DNA of 64,000 bases, from the NCBI GenBank assembly GCA_965248755.1, contig OZ252149.1, positions 1,824,001-1,888,000 on the forward strand. The letters run 5' to 3'. This stretch comes from Candidatus Latescibacterota bacterium (GTDB lineage Bacteria > Latescibacterota > CBDEFO01). This document shows, piece after piece, positions 32,119 to 41,246 of the stretch; position 1 is the first letter of the stretch, and the number at the start of each line of letters is the position of its first letter. The notes beneath the pieces were generated by a model that saw nothing but the letters and a program-made list of their open reading frames with translations, was not told the origin of the DNA and searched no databases. Made by a program: the position numbers and the translations under genes.

Positions 32119-32700
32119 TCATCGGGAAAGAACCTCTGACACACGTGTCCGAAGCGATGGGAGCAGCTCGGCCTCGAACCACGGATTTCGGCGCAGCCAC
32201 AGGTTGTTTCTCGGGCTGGGGTGTGGAAGCGGAACCATTTGTGGCCAATAGGTACGCCACGACTTCACCTGTTCCGTCAGGGAGGAACTCACTTTACCGA
32301 AGTGGTGGGCTTGCGCGTACTGTCCGAGCACCAACGTCACCTCCAGGTGGCGAAGCTGTCCAAGAAGCTGTTCGCGCCAAGCGGGGGCACACTCGGGTCG
32401 TGGTGGAAGGTCTCCCGACTTTCCTGAACCGGGGAAGCAGAAGCCCATCGGCAGAATCGCGATCTGCTCCGGGTCGTAGAACACTTCGCGTGTCACACCC
32501 AACCATCCGCGCAAGCGATTTCCACTGACGTCATCGAACGGAACACCTGATTCATGAACCTTTTTTCCTGGAGCTTGCCCCGCAATTAGAACCCTTGCCT
32601 TCGGGTGCAACTGAAGGACAGGCCGAGGACCGAGCGGTAAGTGATCCTCACAGATGGTGCAGGCTCGAACCTCAGTTAGCAAGGACGAAAACGACGTCAT
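32119..32700 (-). CDS. Uracil-DNA glycosylase superfamily protein (gene cassette)
   Basis: CTIC, GQAPG, PMGFCFPG and LPHPSPRN motifs. Confidence 0.9.
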   Translation of the reverse strand: MTSFSSLLTEVRACTICEDHLPLGPRPVLQLHPKARVLIAGQAPGKKVHESGVPFDDVSGNRLRGWLGVTREVFYDPEQIAILPMGFCFPGSGKSGDLPPRPECAPAWREQLLGQLRHLEVTLVLGQYAQAHHFGKVSSSLTEQVKSWRTYWPQMVPLPHPSPRNNLWLRRNPWFEAELLPSLRTRVSEVLSR

Positions 32701-32745
32701 GGCAGGCAATCTCTCAATACTTTTAAGAAACTCCTCAATCATTAG

Positions 32746-34264
32746 AAGCCATGTGAAATAGTTATGTCCTATGCAGCGTCTGAAGCGCCGATTATGGGTC
32801 AAAGAGTAGCATATCGTATCGTTTTGCTATGGAATAAGCAAAATAGTCTCATCAGAGTTCTGGTCAGCAAGGAATAGGAGCTGTTTGAAGAACAGGATGC
32901 ACTGTCTTTGACAGACAGGGCACACATAGACGCTTTCCCCCTTCTTATGAAAGATACAAGCCTCTTGAGATTCTGTACTGTTGCAACAAGATTCAACTGT
33001 TCATTCAGTGAGGCTAGTCCTCTGTAACGGGCTCGTCCCATACCGTGTTGTTGCTTGGCTTCAGCAAAGATATGTTCACTGCGTTTACGGAGTCTCTGGG
33101 AGAGTTTGTAGTCAGCTGTTAATGAGATAGACCGTGCATGATTTCTGGCTTTTGCCTCTCGCACTTTTCTATCCCGTTTGGCCTGAATATGTGCGAAATT
33201 TGTCTTGTTTTTCCATGTAGGAATCGGTTCAATCTTCTCATCGGCTCGCAGAGGAATATGGGGTATGATTCCCCGGTCAAGTACATCAGCGATAAAATTA
33301 CCAGAACCGTAACCGGTATCGGCACTAAGTGTCTGAATGTCTTTGGGCATGGTGTATGTTTCAAGGTCATCTACCATCTTAAGGGCACTTTCGGGCTCTG
33401 CTGTCCCTGTCGCCTGCGTGCCCTGAGTCTCAAGGATTACTCTGCTTTTTGTGTCGATCAGATCATGGCCCATAAACGAGAGAAAAGCCCCTTTGCCCTT
33501 CGATTTGCTGTATAAGCGCGCGTCGGGGTCTGTAGTCGAACGGTGTGTTTGGTTCGTCCACTTTTCACCATGAAAGTCTTTATCCTGAGGATGCCCAGAC
33601 CTACCCTTTGTCTTATCACCTTCAAAACCAATTCCCTTGAGATAATCATCAAGAGAAACAGGGGGTTCTATCGGCTCAATACTTTTCACTGAAGCATCAG
33701 CTTGTATCTGAGTGCCGTCGACACTAAGGTGTTTACCGCTCACAAGACCGACATCTATGCAACACTGGACTACCTGACGCATTATCCGTTCAAACAACCC
33801 ACTGGACGCCCACTTGTGATTGCGAAGCTTGTTGATTGTGCTCCTATCCGGAACCGCATCATCAAATGTCTGATGACAAAACAACCGATATGCCGCATGC
33901 ATCCCCACTTCCTGACAGAGCCGATTCTCACTGAAATTATACAGATAGCCAATAAGGATCATTCGAACAACTAATTCAGGATCAATACCGGGTCTGCCAT
34001 TGTCAGGGCAATAACAATCTGATACAACGTCTCGTACAAATGAAAAATCAACTGCCTCATCAATCTGACGAAGGATATGATCCTCGGGAACCATATCCTC
34101 CATCTGAAAATAGTGAAACATCGGATTTGTCTGTTCCTGCTTTTGTGGGGTCATTGTTTCCTCCATGTATAATATTATCAATAACATAATATAATACATC
34201 GGAGCTGCTTTATCAATGCTGTTCTTATACTGTTTTCTGAATCTAAGGGTTTTTCACAAGGCTT
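32746..34264 (-). mobile_element. IS1182-family insertion sequence
   Basis: Terminal IRs aagccatgtgaaata / tttttcacaaggctt; TTAG target duplication at 32742-32745 and 34265-34268. Confidence 0.88.
32799..34154 (-). CDS. IS1182-family DDE transposase
   Basis: GRPGIDP, VDGT, STTDPDARL, ADTGY and EHIFAEAK motifs; GGAGG RBS. Confidence 0.92.
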   Translation of the reverse strand: MTPQKQEQTNPMFHYFQMEDMVPEDHILRQIDEAVDFSFVRDVVSDCYCPDNGRPGIDPELVVRMILIGYLYNFSENRLCQEVGMHAAYRLFCHQTFDDAVPDRSTINKLRNHKWASSGLFERIMRQVVQCCIDVGLVSGKHLSVDGTQIQADASVKSIEPIEPPVSLDDYLKGIGFEGDKTKGRSGHPQDKDFHGEKWTNQTHRSTTDPDARLYSKSKGKGAFLSFMGHDLIDTKSRVILETQGTQATGTAEPESALKMVDDLETYTMPKDIQTLSADTGYGSGNFIADVLDRGIIPHIPLRADEKIEPIPTWKNKTNFAHIQAKRDRKVREAKARNHARSISLTADYKLSQRLRKRSEHIFAEAKQQHGMGRARYRGLASLNEQLNLVATVQNLKRLVSFIRRGKASMCALSVKDSASCSSNSSYSLLTRTLMRLFCLFHSKTIRYATL

Positions 34265-34456
34265 TTAGGTTATCGATGAACTCAACAATTCAGTTTAATC
34301 ATTTGATTCGTGAAGGTCTCTTTGAAAATTAAGCCAGTTTCGCCACCTCTACGCCTTGGCGCATCTTCCGCCTTAATGTATTTTCAGCCAATTTCACAGG
34401 CATATTTGGATTAAGCTGTCCTGTACTGATGATTTCTCGGCACCCAGCTTAGACAT
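34265..34456 (-). pseudogene. hsdR: N-terminal relic of type I restriction subunit R; continues past the IS at 32745-32701
   Basis: MSKLGAEKSSVQDSLI/KYACEIG*KYI...RRGGETGLIFKE...FIDNL|MIEEFLKSIERLPA, with stops and frameshifts. Confidence 0.65.
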
Positions 34457-34982
34457 TTTCAACCTGTATATTGGTATTAAATAATCTTGTTCTATTTTTG
34501 TGTTTTAGAATATCCAAGAGGAATTCTGCAGCTCTTAATTGTTGTTCTATTATCTCGACTAATTCATATAATTTATCGTTATGCATATTTTCTAAGGCCA
34601 GTGCAAAATCAAATCCAGCGTTATGTGTGAAAAATTTGTTAGTAATTACTTTCGTATTGCCAACTACAAGACCATATCGTAAATATGGATAAACTTCCTT
34701 ATGTTTAAGAGCTTTTGTTGAGTAAGTTAAAATATCGTGAGTTGAAAATCCTCCACATTTTGCTTCAATGACAACCAAAGGCAAATTGTTCTTTCTTATC
34801 AATAAGTCTGTCTGAAATGATAAGTTGCCTCTCCTAGGATTTTGTGGATCGCCTGGATTAAATTCACCATTTTCATTAACAATAACTTTGTAGATCAAAA
34901 CTTCACCTTTCTTAATTTCATAACCTTCCAGTGCTTTTCGAAGTTCTTTCAGAAGTGTTTCGGTAAATTCGGTTTCATTCAT
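34449..34982 (-). CDS. Putative PD-(D/E)xK nuclease-fold protein
   Basis: QTDLLI...VVIEAK motif; AT-rich; overlaps both R-M relics. Confidence 0.6.
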   Translation of the reverse strand: MNETEFTETLLKELRKALEGYEIKKGEVLIYKVIVNENGEFNPGDPQNPRRGNLSFQTDLLIRKNNLPLVVIEAKCGGFSTHDILTYSTKALKHKEVYPYLRYGLVVGNTKVITNKFFTHNAGFDFALALENMHNDKLYELVEIIEQQLRAAEFLLDILKHKNRTRLFNTNIQVENV

Positions 34983-35148
34983 TTTCAATCTCCAAATCTT
35001 TAACTCTGATTTTAGCAGTCATAAGGTTATGAAGCATCGATTTAGACAATTCTTCTAAAGCTGTTTTTTTGTTTTCTTCTTTTTGGATTTTTTCGTCAAT
35101 AGATGATAGGGTTAAAGCGATTTGTTGCTGGATTGGAATAGACGAATA
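34975..35148 (-). pseudogene. hsdS: C-terminal relic of type I R-M specificity subunit
   Basis: IQQQIALTLSSIDEKIQKEENKKTALEELSKSMLHNLMTAKIRV helix. Confidence 0.75.
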
Positions 35149-35151
35149 GAA

Positions 35152-35349
35152 TTATGGAGTATTTCCTGCAATTTGTTTATTTAATCCACTCCTGTCTTCA
35201 CCACGCGTCAACTTCCTAATGAAAGAGTATAAATGAGTAAGAGTGCCAAAACATGGTGTTCTTTCCAGCGTGATAACAACGCCCTCAAAATTCGTTATGG
35301 TCGCCAAAGGATTCCTTTCGGTACTCGAAGGCGTCTGTCTCATTTTCAT
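35152..35349 (-). pseudogene. Truncated DUF6438-like fragment
   Basis: VITLERTPCFGT motif followed by divergent sequence. Confidence 0.4.
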
Positions 35350-35781
35350 CTTATGTTTTTCCTTACTGTGAGTGTCTGCTGTATAAGAGCGTTGTCTTCC
35401 CTATTTATTCCTTTTACCAAGGCGTCTGGCTATCTAATGGAGCTTCCTGATACTCTTGTGAAGAAATTAAGAGATAAACTGGAAGCTTCGTATTCTCATC
35501 CAAGTATGTATTTTCAACCTGTTCCTTCAATCCTGAATTTACAAATTCTTTGTCGCTCTGTCAGGGGGAGCGATGTGAGTTCTACTTCCTTATGTTGATA
35601 TTGTCCGAAGCCAATGGCATATAACAGGAGACAACCGTATTCTTAAGTAACTCCGAATCCAAACTTAAAACACTGCGCACTTATTACCGCTCACTACGAC
35701 CTTATGCATAAACAGAAATCCCCAGTAAGTTCCTACCGGACACAACCGTAGTTCCGCATCCGCCTTTTCAACAACGGTCTC

Positions 35782-35810
35782 AATATATAGACCAAGCCCC
35801 CTCTTGTCAA
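35782..35810 (-). promoter_or_regulatory. Sigma70-like promoter facing the cassette region
   Basis: TTGACA-N17-TATATT. Confidence 0.6.
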
Positions 35811-35876
35811 CTCCAAAATCGCATAGAACGGAGCGTTCTAACAAAAGGGGGCGTCTTTGTCCTATTATGGTGTTTT

Positions 35877-36506
35877 TTAAAGCTCTCCCAACACCTCTTC
35901 AAAAGAACCTACAGCTTTTGCCACGTCCGGCGCCGCTATGACCGCTGAGATGCAGGCCACTCCATTAGCCCCGGCATCTAAACACTCTGCCACCCTTTCG
36001 GGCCTTACGCCGCCTAAAGCGAAGATCGGTATTCTGAGCCTCTTTGCTGTCTCCTCAAGGAGCTTTAGCCGCACAGGGGGGCCATACTTGAGTTTAGAGT
36101 CGGTAGGGAATACAGGCCCGAAGGTCACAAAGTCCGCTCCGCGCTCCTGTGCGCGCAAAGCTCCCTCTATATCGTGGGTCGAGACGCCTATAAGAGAACC
36201 GTCTGTGAGGCTCTTTCTCGCTTCATCGGGAGGGATGCTCCTTTCGGCCAGGTGCACTCCCGAAGCCCCGAGGGCGCGGGCTATGTCGGCTCTGTCGTTT
36301 ATCAAAATACGGACTTCAAGCTCCTTCAGGGCCTCCTTCACATCTGATCCAAGCCGGAAAAGATCTATCGGGTCGAGGTCTTTCTCCCTGATCTGTACAG
36401 CCCTGACGCCGGCTTTACAGGCATCCTTTAAGACCTCAGTGAGTTGTCCTGCTCGACACTGCCTGCGGTCTGTTATGAGATACAGCCTGAAATCCACCGA
36501 ACTCAT
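35877..36506 (-). CDS. thiE: Thiamine phosphate synthase
   Basis: QIREK, INDR, GVHL, STH and GPVFPT.SK motifs. Confidence 0.93.
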   Translation of the reverse strand: MSSVDFRLYLITDRRQCRAGQLTEVLKDACKAGVRAVQIREKDLDPIDLFRLGSDVKEALKELEVRILINDRADIARALGASGVHLAERSIPPDEARKSLTDGSLIGVSTHDIEGALRAQERGADFVTFGPVFPTDSKLKYGPPVRLKLLEETAKRLRIPIFALGGVRPERVAECLDAGANGVACISAVIAAPDVAKAVGSFEEVLGEL

Positions 36507-37285
36507 CAGGCCTCTATCAAATCCTCTATAGGACTTGAGGCAGTGGCGTAGAGCTTCTTGGGGATGCGGCCCGCTAGATACGCCAGTCTCCCGGACTCAA
36601 TGGCCAGCCGCATAGCCCGAGCCATCTTTATCGGATCCTTTGCGCCAGCGATACCCGTATTCATCAGGACACCATCACAGCCTAATTCCATAGCGATAGC
36701 AGCATCTGAGGCGGTTCCGACTCCTGCGTCCACAATGACCGGGATCTGTGCGTTCTCAAGTATGATCTTGATGTTGTAGGGATTCCTGATGCCCAGGCCC
36801 GAACCTATCGGCGCCCCCAGCGGCATAACGGCAGCACAGCCTATGTCCTCCAGTTTCTTGCATACGATTGGATCGTCATTTGTGTAGGGGAGGACTGTGA
36901 ATCCGTCCTTAACGAGGTGTTCTGAGGCTTCAAGGAGGGCGTTATTGTCCGGAAAGAGGGTCTTTTCATCCCCTATGACCTCTAACTTGACCAGACCAGT
37001 ACCCAGCGCCTCGCGGGCCAATTCGCACGTCAGTATCGCATCTTTAGCAGTGTAGCACCCGGCCGTATTGGGAAGGAGGGCGTACCTGTCCTTGTCAATA
37101 TAGTCCAGAAGCGATTCACCAGACGCATCGTTCAGGTTAATCCGCCTGATGGCCACCGTCACAAGCTCTGTCCCGCTGACCTCAAACGCCTGCGCCATCT
37201 CCTCGAAGCTTTTGTATTTTCCTGAGCCGAGTATCAGCCGCGAGGTGAAGGTCTTGCCGCCTAAAACGAGTTTATCGTCTTCCAT
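36506..37285 (-). CDS. thiG: Thiazole synthase
   Basis: [21 protein letters not shown] and DAGVG motifs. Confidence 0.96.
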   Translation of the reverse strand: MEDDKLVLGGKTFTSRLILGSGKYKSFEEMAQAFEVSGTELVTVAIRRINLNDASGESLLDYIDKDRYALLPNTAGCYTAKDAILTCELAREALGTGLVKLEVIGDEKTLFPDNNALLEASEHLVKDGFTVLPYTNDDPIVCKKLEDIGCAAVMPLGAPIGSGLGIRNPYNIKIILENAQIPVIVDAGVGTASDAAIAMELGCDGVLMNTGIAGAKDPIKMARAMRLAIESGRLAYLAGRIPKKLYATASSPIEDLIEA

Positions 37286-37568
37286 CTTTTTCTCATCTCC
37301 TTATCTATTGTAAATTCTCACAGTGCTGGCATTTTCGTAAGAGCCAGCTTACGCGGCCCGCGAGTGGGCGAGGCGCCGTGTCTACTTCGTGGCTTGTTGC
37401 CATCCCAGTAAAGCACGAAGTTCCCTCGCCCCTACATGCGTCGCTATGGAGTGGAGGGATCAAGCCATCCCCGAAAGATTCAATCGGGGAAGTGGTTCGC
37501 CCGATTGTCCGTATTTTCAGTGCAGACACATGGGCCTGCCCTCGAACGATCCCATCGGGGGTCTGCCC

Positions 37569-37796
37569 CTACAGATTTACCCCTCTGGCCACATCTCTTC
37601 CTCCGGCTACGGCCCGAATGATCTCGACCTTGTCCCCTTCGACGATGAGGGTCTCGTCAAGCTTCTCCCTGGGAACGACTGACATATTTAAGGCTACTGC
37701 TACAGCCTCCCTTTCTATTTCGAGAGAATCCATCAGGTCGGCCATAGTCTTTTTCTCTTCAAGCTCGTATTCTTGGCCGTTCAGCGTGATCTTCAT
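37569..37796 (-). CDS. thiS: Sulfur carrier protein ThiS with a C-terminal extension after GG
   Basis: ITLNG...GDKVEIIRAVAGG, then RDVARGVNL. Confidence 0.9.
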   Translation of the reverse strand: MKITLNGQEYELEEKKTMADLMDSLEIEREAVAVALNMSVVPREKLDETLIVEGDKVEIIRAVAGGRDVARGVNL

Positions 37797-37971
37797 GATA
37801 TCTTATTGGAGGTTTAACAAGCTGCCAGCATAAGGGAGACCCCGGATCCCCGACCCCCGATAGAGTCAATCGGGGGCTCAATCAGGGACTCGCTTTTACC
37901 TTTAGTCACTGCGCCGACCGCGAAGGAGAAGCGAAGCCGAACTAAGCTCCCAGTTTACAGACTAATGTCCA

Positions 37972-39126
37972 CTAATTTTGGGCGTTAAATCTGCTAAGTA
38001 AAAAGGGCTCCAGTGGGAAAGACGTATCTCCGGTCGTTATCAGGTCACAGATAAGCTTCCCAGTTACAGGGGCAAGCAGGATGCCGTTTCGATAGTGACC
38101 TACAGCCATTATCAACCCCGCAAGCTCTGTAGCCCCCAGTATCGGCAGTTTGTCCGGCGTGCCGGGCCTCAATCCCGCATATGTGGAGGAAAGAGAGCAG
38201 TTTTTCAATACGGGAGCCATCTCGAGTGCGCCGTTAAGAAGATAAGAGACCCCCTCTGCCGTCACGCGCTTGTCATACCCCGCATCCTCGACCGTGGAGC
38301 CGACAACCAGTTGGCCGTCCAGTCTGGGAACGAAATATCTCTTGGAATAGATAACGTGCTGGAATAGTGGTTCGGACCCCATATCCAATGCCAGAATCTG
38401 GCCCTTAACAGGCCTGACAGGAGGCCTTAAGCTTTCGTCAACTCCGCCTATAGTATTAGCCCAGCTTCCGGCGGCGTTTACGACCGTCTCACAGGTGAAG
38501 TCGCCGCCAGTCGTCCGAACCCCTGTGACTTTAGACCCTTGAGACATATTAGATCCCTGAGACATACTAGATCCTTGAGACATAATGGACAGGGCCTGGA
38601 CTCCCTGCACGATCTCCACCCCCGAATTTACGGCAGCAAGGGACAGGGCATAAGACAGCTTCCGATTTTCAACTTGACGATCCCATGGGAAATACAGAGC
38701 GCCCCGGATATCGGGGGACAGGTTGGGTTCCAGCTTCAGGACTTCGTCGGACGTAAGTTCCTGGCCCGGCAGCCCGCCGTGGAACTGCCAACCGTAGTCT
38801 TCCTTCAGTCTTTCGTATTCCGTCTCGTTAAATGCCGGCATAATCGCGCCCTGGGTGCGATATTCGACGTCCACTTCAGTTTCGTCCTTCAACTGTTCAC
38901 AGAAATCCGGGTAGAGTTCTCTGCTTTTAAGCAGAAGATCAAAGAAGGCCTCATGCTTTATGTTTTCGCACTGAGGGGCGAGCATCCCTGCGGCTGCCCA
39001 GGAGGCTTCGCGGCCCGGCTGTGACCTCTCCAGGAGTACGGCGCTTGCTCCATGTTTGGCAAGCTGTCGGGCTATGGCGAGCCCTATGACTCCTCCCCCG
39101 ATTACGATCACGTCAGCAGTCTTCAT
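37972..39126 (-). CDS. thiO: Glycine oxidase
   Basis: GGGVIG, ASWAAAGMLAP and GHYRNGILLAP motifs. Confidence 0.92.
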   Translation of the reverse strand: MKTADVIVIGGGVIGLAIARQLAKHGASAVLLERSQPGREASWAAAGMLAPQCENIKHEAFFDLLLKSRELYPDFCEQLKDETEVDVEYRTQGAIMPAFNETEYERLKEDYGWQFHGGLPGQELTSDEVLKLEPNLSPDIRGALYFPWDRQVENRKLSYALSLAAVNSGVEIVQGVQALSIMSQGSSMSQGSNMSQGSKVTGVRTTGGDFTCETVVNAAGSWANTIGGVDESLRPPVRPVKGQILALDMGSEPLFQHVIYSKRYFVPRLDGQLVVGSTVEDAGYDKRVTAEGVSYLLNGALEMAPVLKNCSLSSTYAGLRPGTPDKLPILGATELAGLIMAVGHYRNGILLAPVTGKLICDLITTGDTSFPLEPFLLSRFNAQN

Positions 39127-39147
39127 ATAAGTTATCTCTCTCTGCAC

Positions 39148-39215
39148 AAAAAAGCCGCTTCTCTGTCTCCGAAGAGCATTGAAGAACCCTCTTGGGCCCT
39201 TTGGAGGGAAGCGGC
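39148..39215 (-). terminator. Riboswitch-associated terminator
   Basis: GCCGCTTC...GAAGCGGC stem followed by TTTTTT before thiO. Confidence 0.65.
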
Positions 39216-39240
39216 AAAAGAAACGGCTATATCTTTAGAC

Positions 39241-39325
39241 TGCTTCCCTACGCTGGCATTAACCAGATCAGGTTCAAGGGGTTGTCCGACACGGGACTCT
39301 CAGATAGTTACACCCCCAGCAAGCC
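39241..39325 (-). ncRNA. TPP riboswitch
   Basis: GGGG..CTGAGA..ACCCCTTGAACCTGATCTGGTTAATGCCAGCGTAGGGAAG upstream of the thi operon. Confidence 0.95.
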
Positions 39326-39903
39326 TTTCAATAATAAACTGCCAAGAATATAGACAGAAGGACTACCTGGGCGATGAAATCGCCCCTACTTTATAATAAG
39401 CATTTTGCCTCGAATTATCAAGGGGGAAATTGATTTGATGTACGGTCGAAGATCAGAATCCTCAAGCGTGTCAGTCTATCTGGACACAGGTGAGTATTCT
39501 CTACGTATCCAGTCAAAATAGTAATTGTAGAGATCCAAGTTACTTTCTAAGCAAGTAGAACCCCAAATTATCATTCACAAGGATTCCAGGCTCAAAGTAT
39601 TGTTGATTCTCATGCTATAGCATGCCTCGGCATCCTAAACGACTGTACCCAGAAAACAGGGGCAATCCATTCTTAATTTGCTAATCCTCAACGATTTAGG
39701 GAAAAAGCTTATCAATGAAATAGCTGATCAGATCCCTTGGTCTAAAGCACTGAAAATCTCTGATTATAATCAGTTTGATACGTTCTCTGATTCATTGATC
39801 GCAGTTAAGAAATGCGACTTTGGACAATTAAATAATTGCGCCTGGTTAGGTTGCATGGTTGCGGACGAATGTCGTGATATTGGATTTGATGCGATGTTCA
39901 CGC

Positions 39904-40836
39904 TTATGCCTTCCCTTTCAGCTCAAATCCCTCCGATGGGTAGCGAAAGATAGGGGTGAGAGTTTTTGCTTTCTGTCTGAGGGAGTGCTGTTCGTCTTCT
40001 GAGAGAGGGATGAACTTGGGTGCCAGATCCAGTGCCATCCGGAAGAGTACTTCCTCGCCCGGTGGGATAGCGGCCGTCACCGGCTGGGAAAGCGTGAACC
40101 GCAATCCTTCATAGGCTTCTTCTTCAGTATCCAGAGGCTTGTACCAGGTTTTTTCCCAGTTCCTTGTTTCACCATTGTCCCATGCGCTTTTTGCCATTGA
40201 TTTCAACGCAAGCACCGCAGCGCCTTTGCTCTTTGCATAACTAATGAGCTGCTCTCCAAAGTTGCCGTTGTAATACGTAACAAAATTCACCGGCATAAGC
40301 ACCGAATTAAAATCATAGTATTTAAGCGCCGCCATCCCTGCCTCGATTGAATGTGCGGAGAAGCCAAGGAACCGAATCTTGCCTTCCTGCTTCAGTTTAT
40401 CCACCGCCTCTACCGCGCCTCCGGGTCCAAACGCCACTTCAACGTCCTCCTTCGATGTAAGAGCATGGATCTGGTAGAGATCAAAGTAATCGGTGCGAAG
40501 CCGCTCAAGTGACCTGTGAAAATCCTCCAGCAGCTCGTCACCTTTCCGCGCTGTGCTCTTGCAGGCAAGAAAACACTCCTTCCGAAAAGGCTCCAGCGCT
40601 GGCCCCAGCTTCTCCTCAGCATTTCCGTAAGCAGGGGCAACGTCAAAATAATTTATCCCGCGCTCGTAGGCCTCCCTGACCACCTGATTGGCGTGTTCCT
40701 GCTCCGCATTCATCACAACTATCCCGCCCATACCTATTAAGGATAAATGCTCTCCTGTATTCCCATAGGGCCTCTTCGGCATCGGCCCCGATGGGCTTTT
40801 TATATCCCTGGCAAGAACCTTATCTGTCGTGTTCAT
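39904..40836 (-). CDS. Aldo/keto reductase
   Basis: NYFDVAPAYG, LRTDYFDLYQIH and GFSAH motifs. Confidence 0.9.
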   Translation of the reverse strand: MNTTDKVLARDIKSPSGPMPKRPYGNTGEHLSLIGMGGIVVMNAEQEHANQVVREAYERGINYFDVAPAYGNAEEKLGPALEPFRKECFLACKSTARKGDELLEDFHRSLERLRTDYFDLYQIHALTSKEDVEVAFGPGGAVEAVDKLKQEGKIRFLGFSAHSIEAGMAALKYYDFNSVLMPVNFVTYYNGNFGEQLISYAKSKGAAVLALKSMAKSAWDNGETRNWEKTWYKPLDTEEEAYEGLRFTLSQPVTAAIPPGEEVLFRMALDLAPKFIPLSEDEQHSLRQKAKTLTPIFRYPSEGFELKGKA

Positions 40837-40959
40837 AGTGTTACCCTTTCTTTTAACCTTCTGCTGTGCAGACGGCAAGCCACGAAGTGGACAAGGCCCC
40901 CAGAGAAATCTTAGGAGTTGGCTGTCTGCTACTTCCCTATTAGGCTTCTCAGGATACTT

Positions 40960-41225
40960 CACCCGATTAATTCATAAACTTGGTGGAGTCATTGCGAGGA
41001 ACAAAGCGGTCCCCGATTGAGTCTGTCGGGGAAGAAATCTCAAGGTTTTATAGTGGTCTCCTATGAGAGCCGGAGAGTATTACATCTACCACAGTAACCC
41101 CCGATTAAATCTATCGGGGGGATTGCTTCGCCTCCGGATCGCAATGACACTGAAGGTGGTTAAACGTCATAACTATAATATAATCCTTCAATTAATACAG
41201 GGCCTTTTCTTGTGAATTATTCGGG
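40960..41225. mobile_element. MITE-like non-autonomous element
   Basis: TIRs cccgattaattcataa / ttgtgaattattcggg; 23-bp flanking direct repeat. Confidence 0.65.
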
Positions 41226-41246
41226 CTATTAGGCTTCTCAGGATAC

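Noticed and set aside
32701..32802. N-terminal extension of the UDG ORF in the ORF track
   Set aside because: Derived from the IS end and hsdR relic; the likely start is 32700
35824..35840. LexA box at the putative integron platform
   Set aside because: Spacing is GAAC-N5-GTTC, not the N4 Gram-positive box; kept only as an unassigned palindrome
39430..39900. Possible gene remnant (ORF 39678-39953)
   Set aside because: No recognisable motif or RBS; cannot be supported
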